DNA of 64,000 nt from Eledone cirrhosa (Eukaryota), in NCBI GenBank assembly GCA_964016885.1, contig OZ024742.1:119288001-119352000 (forward strand), given 5' to 3'. A program made the translations under genes and the position numbers. The notes under the pieces are model-generated. The model saw nothing but the letters and a program-made list of their open reading frames with translations, had not been told where the DNA came from and did not search any database. Positions within the stretch are counted from its first letter, which is position 1. Each line of letters begins with the position of its first letter. Shown piece after piece: positions 56,136-64,000 of the stretch.

Positions 56136-56140
<5 letters not shown>
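54672..56140. mobile_element. Tandem + inverted array of a ~590-bp HHR-bearing unit (PLE pLTR or retrozyme-like)
   Basis: Unit start at ~54673 recurs at ~55263; an inverted permuted copy spans 55433-56002 and a partial copy 56003-56140; (TA)n flanks. Confidence 0.8.
54740..54833 (-). ncRNA. Type I hammerhead with large loop II
   Basis: AUCCCC-UUGAUAA-GUCGGC...GCCAC-GAAAC-UACGUA-GUC-GGGGAU, with a 6-bp stem I, palindromic stem III and GUC triplet. Confidence 0.7.
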
Positions 56141-56182
<42 letters not shown>

Positions 56183-56185
<3 letters not shown>

Positions 56186-57354
56186 ATGGTGGTTTGGACG
56201 GAACAAGAGGAGAAAGGAAGAAAGAATCCTTTGTCAGCTGTAAAATCGCGATCCAGATGTTTCTGCGCTTATTTACAGGACAGCTGTAGCGATCGGGTGC
56301 GCCCTAGGCCTTTTCTTAATCAAAAGGCCAGGAGGAAAAGAAGAGAAAAAGGAGAGAAAAGGAAGGAAAAGAGGAAGAAGAACAAAGGGGGAAAGGTGGT
56401 GAAAAGAGAGGAAGAAAGAGAAGAGGGAAAAAAGGAGAAAATAAAGGGGTGAACAGATCCCATCGTGGGAAGACACAGGACAAAGAACCAAGCAAATGAG
56501 TAACCGTGAAAAAATAGGATAAGTAAGTTATAGCAAACTTGGTAGACATAAGCCTGGTGTGCGCTAACCAGAAGACGCTATTAGCGTGTTGACTCGCTCG
56601 TAGACCCCCCCCCCCTCTACCTGTTTTGTTCGATCTGTGTCCCTACCTTTCGCATCGACTCTCCCCTTCCATCTTCCATTCTCCTCCTCTCTCTCGTTTT
56701 CTCTCTCTCTATATCCGTTCGGTTTTGACATGTTTACACGTGTCGTAAAAACTCCTCTGTTCGCAATCTTTTACGAGAAGTTTTACAACTATCGTAAAAC
56801 CCCTTTTGGATTATCTCCCTTTCCCTCTCCCTCTCATTTCCGGTTGCTCGTGTCTCGCTCTCTCACCCTCTCTCTTCTACGAGAGAGTCAACACGCTAAT
56901 ACCGTCCTCTTGTTAGCGCACACCACCAGGCTTATGTCTACCAGGGTTGCTATAACTTACTTATCCTATTTTTTCACGGTTACTCATTTGATTGTTTCTT
57001 CGTCCTGTGTCTTCCCACGATGGGATCTGTTCACCTATTTTTTTCTCCTTTTTTTCCCTCTTCTCTTTTTTCCTCTCTTCTCACCACTTTTCCCCCTTTG
57101 TTCTTCTTCCTCTTTTCCCTCATTTTCCTTCTTTTCTCTCCTTTTTTCTTCTTTTCCTTCTGGCCCTTTGATTAAGAAAAGGCCTAGGGCGCACCCCATC
57201 GCTACAGCTGTCCTGTAAATAAGCGCCGAAACATCTGGATCGCGGTTTTACAGCTGACGAAGGATTCTTTCTTACTTTCTGCTCTTGTTCCTTCCAAACC
57301 ACCATCCTAAACCTTGTTTTTAGTAACCACACAGCTCCTTTCTTTCCTTATCAT
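56183..57354 (+). mobile_element. PLE-type fold-back element
   Basis: Arms ~56183-56603 and ~56876-57308, a ~45-bp tail, and (TA)n on both sides. Only a degenerate HHR-like GGCGC..GCGCC-GAAAC is seen at ~57187-57240. Confidence 0.7.
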
Positions 57355-57501
57355 TATATATATATATATATTTATTTATAATAGTTAACAAAACAAAAAA
57401 CAAAAAACAAAAAACAAAAAACAGAAAACAAAAAAACAAAAACGAAGCGAAGAGGCAGTACAAAAGTACAAAGTGTTAATATTAGGTTCACGTTTGAGAG
57501 T

Positions 57502-57542
<41 letters not shown>

Positions 57543-58044
57543 TGTATATAGAAATGACTATTTAATATAGAAATGGCTTCTACAGGACTAGAACTGTTTC
57601 ATTCGGGAGATTAAATATATATTAAATATATATATATGTGTGTGTATATATATATATATATATATTTATATATACACACAGTGTACCCTTGGTATTCGCG
57701 GTTCCGGCATTCCCGATCCCAGAATTCGCGGATTATTTTCCTTAGAACCTAACAAATAATTGTTCCTGGAAACTACTGCATATTCGAAGAATCGTAACTA
57801 TCTTCCGCAATTTTTTATGGCTTTTTCGTGGCAATATATGTTTTTTTTTCGTTCTTTTTAACGCTAAATTATTAATAACAATATACCGTATTTGCTGACC
57901 TATATTTTATGTTATGTTTTGACGTTTATAGGCATTTTTATGCGGCACGTCCGATATTCGCGGTTTTTCACTCTACGCAGGTACCCTAGGAATGTAACCC
58001 CCACGAATACCGGGGGACAACTTTATATATGTATATATACAAAC

Positions 58045-58080
<36 letters not shown>

Positions 58081-58267
58081 GGGGGAGAGATATCTTCCCT
58101 CACATGCTTGTACATTATCCATACCATCTTGCATTTGTTTCCATCTAAATATCTATCCACTAATCCCCACATGTGTACACGTATGTCTGTAAGCATTCTT
58201 TACATATAATATAGCAGCCAATACAATTGGGTCAGGTTGATATATATATATATATATTATATATATA

Positions 58268-58311
<44 letters not shown>

Positions 58312-58714
58312 GACCTGTTTGTATATATCGATGTTGAAGTATTATTATGGTCATATGCAGGGCGGTGGATTGGCAGTATCGGTAGAGAGTCGGACACCAT
58401 GATTTGCAGCATATAGTTACGGCCCTTTATGATCTGAGTTGAAATCCCGCCGAGGTTAACTTTGCCTTTCATCCTTACGGAGTCGATAAAATAAAGCACC
58501 AGTAATGTACTGGAGTCGATTTAATCGACTTTCCCCTCCTTCCAAATTACTGGCCTTGTGCTTCTACCAGAAATCATTATTATGGACACTTTATTCTTGG
58601 TGTCAAACTTTTAACTTTTTTGTGTTTACTCTGGATGAAAACGTATCAACTTTTCACACAAACAATTCAATTGGTATCTGCTACACTGCGGCTACAACTT
58701 CGATTTATACCCAT

Positions 58715-59265
58715 CTGAGATGCTCGCAGGGTGACGAAACCATCCTGCACGCACTCTTCCAGTGTCCGAGCATTGACGACTTGCAGGATTATGTCGAACA
58801 ACTGCTGTCACGTGTAAGATGGATCCAGTTATGAATTAAGTCCATAGTGAAGATTGCCTCGCCGCATTCCTTTAGCCGGGAAGGGTAGACAATTTTTATT
58901 TGCTTGGTGGCCATGGTGAAAGAGGTCGTATGGTAGCCACGTTTGAAAGGGTTAAAGACGGACACTTTCCTCTTCGGCGACGCTCTCATTAACCTTTTCA
59001 GGTTTTACCTGAAAGGAAAATCAGGTTGAAGAGGGAAGTGCTGCCTTCCAGCCAGCTTGTTGAAATGTAGGTGAGAGAGGCAAGAATGGCCTGTGTGTTT
59101 GGGCCTTCCCTGAGCGTGTGTATGTAGTATTGAAGGAGGACAACTGGGAGAGGGTGCCTGCCCTAGCGGTCAGGGTGACTGTGTCTTTTGTGGGGGTTTT
59201 CTACGAGTAACCCTCGGTAACCCCTATTGGAAATTTTTCCTTTGTTTTCTTTTATTTCCTTTTTC
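58715..59265 (+). pseudogene. Tx1/L1 3' fragment (zinc knuckle + 3' UTR)
   Basis: RCSQGDETILHALFQCP; the UTR is similar to 2041-2095. Confidence 0.75.
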
Positions 59266-59381
59266 GCAGTATTGGTAGAGCGTCAGACCACTTGCTTTGC
59301 AGCATTGAGTTACGGCTCTTTACGATCTGAGTTCAAATCCCGCCGAGGTTAACTTTGCCTTTCATCCTTACGGGGTCGATA

Positions 59382-59705
59382 AAATAAAGTACCAGTAATG
59401 CACTGGGTAATTGCTGGCCTTGTGCCAAAAGTAGAAACAATTATTATTATTTAGATGCTAAAATAAAGTACCAGTAATGTACTACTGGGTAATTGCTGGC
59501 CTTGTGCCAAAAGTAGAAACAATTATTATTATTTAGATGCTAAAATAAAGTACCAGTAATGTACTACTGAGTAATTGCTGGCCTTGTGCCAAAAGTAGAA
59601 ACAATTATTATTATTTAGATGCTAAAATAAAGTACCAGTAATGTACTACTGGGTAATTGCTGGCCTTGTGCCAAAAGTAGAAACAATTATTATTTAGATG
59701 CTAAA
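59382..59705 (+). repeat. Tandem array of the SINE 3' end, 82-bp unit, about 4 copies
   Basis: Unit starts at 59461, 59543 and 59625. Confidence 0.9.
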
Positions 59706-61918
59706 TGTTTTGTTGATTATGTCTAGAGACTGAATCTGTGCTTGCAGAGTTCAATGCATCAAGTGTTGTATTTTCCCTGTAGTAATTATAGCTATTGAAA
59801 ATGCTCAATTAGTCTTTGTAACTCCTCTCTGTTGCCTTTAGTTAATATCCATTCCAGAAGCTATTCAAACAAAATGTTTGTAACTTTAGGCCCCTACACA
59901 AAGAAAAAAAAAAAAAAAATCAAAAACACCTAAAAAAAGGAAAAGTAAACTTTTAAGGAAATATGTCATTAATCTCACTAGCAGAATTAAGAAAAACTTT
60001 CAGTATTTTTTTTTCTTTAGGTGGATTGGCAGTATCGGTAGAGGGTCGGACGCCATGCTTTCAAGCATAGTTACGTCCCTTTACGATCTGAGTTCAAATC
60101 CCGCCGAGGTTGACTTTGCCTTTCATCCTTACGGGGTCGATAAAATAAAGTACCAGTAATGCACTGGGTAATTGCTGGCCTTGTACCTAAAGTAGAAACA
60201 AGTATTTTTTTTCTTTAAAGAATAATAAAATAGGGCTAGTGATGTAAATTCTTATAACATTGATTAGAAAGATGATGGACTTGAAATATGTCTTGAAATT
60301 CATAATTTTTCCCTCCTACATAATTCGTTTTATCAAAAGACCACACATTTCAATATCACCAAAAATAGGAACGCAATGAATGGTCAGTAATACAAATAGC
60401 ACAAATTGGAAAGCCACTAGCTTTTCAATGTTAATTTTGTTGACTTAAATGTCTGAAATAACGTTTATTAAATCGACCCCAGTAATTGACTAATTCTATT
60501 AAGTCCCAGAAGGATGGAAGCAGCGTTGAACTCAGCGGGATTTAAACTCAGAATGTAAATGGATGTAACTAAATGCCGCGACACACTTTGTCTGATATTC
60601 TAACGATACAGCCAATCTACCGCCCTTTAATGTCTAGAATAATAAAATATAATTTTGGAAAATATTCTTAAACTTTTGAGACTAAGACTCAGTTTGAACG
60701 TTTGGCTTAGTATATTTGATTGATCACTTGTTAAATTATCTATTTAAAGTCTTTTCAAAGACGAAATTATATATGCCATCAATAGAAATGTGGGAGGGTT
60801 TTATGGGTTAGTATTCAGTTGAAATAAGTATGATAGAGGAGATTTCCACCGTGTGACTTGATTAAAATAATAAAAAAACAACTACGAGAAAAATTATTTT
60901 AATATCCCATTCTCGCTAATGAAATGTTTGTATTTTATAGTGTTTGAAACATTTATCAATCCCAGAAGAGGTTCAGCAATTAAATCAACGCAGGAATTAT
61001 TGAATTTATTTGTAAGATTTCTAATTCTAAAAGCATTTCACACTAACTGTATATTAGTAAAAGATAATGAATACTAAAATATTGAATTTAGTAATAAATC
61101 TCTATTTTTATCGGTTCAAGTAACAAATGATATATTCAAACACAGATAACGTTTCAATTCATAAATATCACCAATTGCGAAATTAGTAGTGAAACTAGAA
61201 ATTAGTAGTAAAACATTAAAAAAGAAAATTGATAAATGAAAACACCACAGAAATATTGAACATAGGAGTATAACAATCAATACCATAATGAAACGTCGAA
61301 CAAGACGAACAAGTTATTTTGCATGTTCTAGTTATCATATAATGAATCATGCAACCAATATATTATTTGAATTATTACCTTATTACTGTCGGAACAATAT
61401 GCGTCAAAATATATTACTATTCATTTAAACATTAAAAAAACAACAGGCTAAGAGTTAGCACATATATCGATTGTTGCGTACAAACAAGACGTTGAACATT
61501 ATATAACTAATTTTCCATTATTTAAGAAGACATATCATATAGTATCCTAATAAGGGAAAGCAAAATATATATAATTACCATTACCAATACTAACTAATTT
61601 CTCTTTAGAAGTGATGCTTTATATTGAAAATATTCTAAATAGGTGCCGAAGAAATATCCTGTTCTATAACAATACACAATACTTAATATCTGTATGTAAT
61701 CCTATTGATTTCATCATTTCTTGGAATTACTGTTTGTGCGATATAATCCACAAAGTGTTACTTGGAAATAAATGAACAGATCTACTAAAATTTCCACGTG
61801 CATCTAAGGTAATATTCCTATCTCCCACTAATACTAATAGCTGAACGTTTCTGATGAAAGTTTTAGACATCTGAAGTATTATGATCGCCAGCTCCTCGCG
61901 GGAAATAAACAGTAAATA

Positions 61919-62250
61919 CGAAGGTGGGCTGAAAAGTTCACAGTTTGACTATGAACGAGTGATGCTAGAGCTGTGAAATCTTACATGTATTAATTTCAAC
62001 TCTTCTTATTAATAACTGCATTGTTTCTTTCCAGGTAAACTGACATCAAAGAAAATTCAAAAGTAACGAATAATGACTTTCTTGAAATTGAACAAAATTT
62101 GGCATCGAGGTGTTATCAGGTACCTGCAGAAAAAGGATTTAACCCCCAAAGACATTCCTGCTGACATGGTTACTACATTAGGGGTATGACACCCCAGCTT
62201 TACCAACAGTGTAAAAGTGGGCAGCTGAATTTAGGAGAGGAAAGGAGACA
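61919..62250 (+). mobile_element. Mariner transposon 5' fragment
   Basis: TA-CGAAGGTGGGCTGAAAAGTT terminus; decayed transposase N-terminus from 62088 (HRGVIRYL..LTPKDI.ADMVTTLG..TV*KWAAEFRRG). Confidence 0.8.
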
Positions 62251-64000
62251 ACCATCCAGGTTCAGAAAGATTGTAATTTTGACAGTTTACTTTTACTGTT
62301 GCTTATATTTTTGTTAATGCAGTTATCATTGTTGTTGATGTCAAATTTGTTGTTACTGCTATACATTTATTATTGGTGTTGGCAGCGGTGGGATTGAATT
62401 TTCGTAGCTGTTGCTATAGACCCCATAACTCCTTGTGGAGTCGTAGAGGCACCGTCATACGGCGTGTCTAGGGTACATTTAAACCCGGCGGAGCCCAAAC
62501 CCTCTCCAGGTCTGAACACAGCCGATTTTTTCTATAGAGGAAGAATCGACCCAGTACTGGACTGGTACTTTTTTTTATCGACCTCGAAAGGATGACAGGC
62601 AAAGTTGATCATGGCGCGATTTGAACTTAGAGCACGCAAAGAGGTGGGACAAATACCGTAAAGCATTCTATCCGACGTCTTAACGACTCTGCCAATTCGC
62701 CGCCTTTATTATACGAGGGTACAAAACATCTGAGACAGTTAGTATCGTATTAATTGATTCACTGGCTTTCTGTTAAATATGCCTTCAATATGAAACTGAT
62801 CAGAAAATTTTAAAAGATATTTGGTTGTAATGAATATCTTTATCTCCAGCCGTATTCCCAGACATTTCTTATTGGAGGAAGACAGAAAATCTATTATCTT
62901 CTGCTCTACATTACCACAAAAATATATTTCTGCTTCACCTCTATTAGGAATTTCCTCCTTAAGGTTCTATGCACTCTTAATGCTGTCTTTAACGGAAGTC
63001 TGTCTTTTCTAGTATCCACCACCTCTCAATTTGTTTATACTTTATTTTGTCGTTCTACGAACTCCGTTAGCTCCTTGTACTTGTGAACAACTCTGAGATT
63101 GAGAATATTTTGAATATTTTTGTTGTTGCTATAGCTGTTTTTAAAATATGTTTTTGTCTCTGCGGTTGGCTTTGTTTATATTGTACCTTTGGTAGCGTGA
63201 CGACTCATATCGATAACGATTAGGTTACATTTCTCTCACAAACATAGATTAGGGAACTGTTTTCACGTTTCTTTCTCACTTCGGAACAAGCCACTCGCTG
63301 ATTCTTACTGTTTCCCCTTTTCTGAGGTACTAAATGGGACCTCGTACAGTTTTTTGATGCTCTTCTTGTTTTTTATGTATGCACAAGTAGATCTAGTTCG
63401 TCCTCTAGTAGCACTATCAACCAATGACTCGTTATAAGAGTTTCAGTTACTATACATTCATTTTCTAACTAAATCGCGAGTTCAGTCCAGGTGTTGGAGC
63501 TTCTTACAAATGGGTTAATATTTTTTGGTGTTACTTTGTTTTCTTTAATTGTTGTTGGTGATGGTGTTTTCGTCTTTATCCTTGATGTATGTCCTGTCAC
63601 TTTGTTATACTGTTATTCTTTTCAGCTTTGTTGTTGTTGATAAGGATGATGATACCGCTAGTGTTACTTGTTTCGTTCGACATTTCTCCGACATTCTCAA
63701 ATGTTTTGTGGTTTGTTATTTTTTTCACATACCATTTCATTATCTTTCTGCTTCTTTATGTATCTGTTGCCATTTTCTGCTTCACTTTTGTTTTGCATCG
63801 CAACATTATGGCTTTTTGTTAGAGTTATTACTCACTTATTCGTTATAGGTCTCCCAAAACACGCAAATAAAGTAATATATCTGCTTTGACAAGCAGAATC
63901 TTTAAGACATTGTAAACGTTGCCTCTACAACAGCTGTCATGGCTACATCCAACCACTTTCTTCTTCAAACGTCTGACATGCTGACATTTGAGATTTAAAA

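Larger units (their letters stand above)
53945..58243. repeat. Diverged inverted duplication (arms 53945-54581 and 57559-58243)
   Basis: Both arms contain unique-looking DNA, a Tigger-like MITE and a family C HHR half. Confidence 0.9.

Noticed and set aside
56054-57218. 132-aa and 193-aa ORFs
   Set aside because: They are low-complexity purine/pyrimidine tracts in the two arms of a non-coding inverted repeat.
59382-59705. CRISPR-like regular repeats
   Set aside because: There are no unique spacers; the units are SINE tail copies in eukaryotic DNA.

Overview
AT-rich animal genomic DNA with no supportable host gene exon. The tRNA-SINE and microsatellite landscape suggests an octopus or other cephalopod, but this is inference only. 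The window is almost entirely mobile DNA. It contains degenerate Tx1/L1, R4/Dong, RTE and CRE non-LTR retrotransposons, about 20 copies of one tRNA-derived SINE, Tigger-like and hAT-like MITEs, a mariner fragment, and three Penelope-like elements (PLEs) with GIY-YIG coding sequence. The most notable signal is a dense set of short non-coding PLE-type modules from at least 8 sequence families, nearly all sitting in (TA)n tracts. Most carry a recognisable type I hammerhead ribozyme (HHR) and share one architecture: an inverted short arm, a sense arm and a fixed tail. One of them (54.7-56.1 kb) is a circularly permuted ~590-bp HHR unit resembling a retrozyme. Another appears to have duplicated ~640-680 bp of flanking DNA in inverted orientation. 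An R4/Dong family appears to target (CATA)n. All ribozyme folds were derived by eye, and clade names are motif-based inference; no searches were run.
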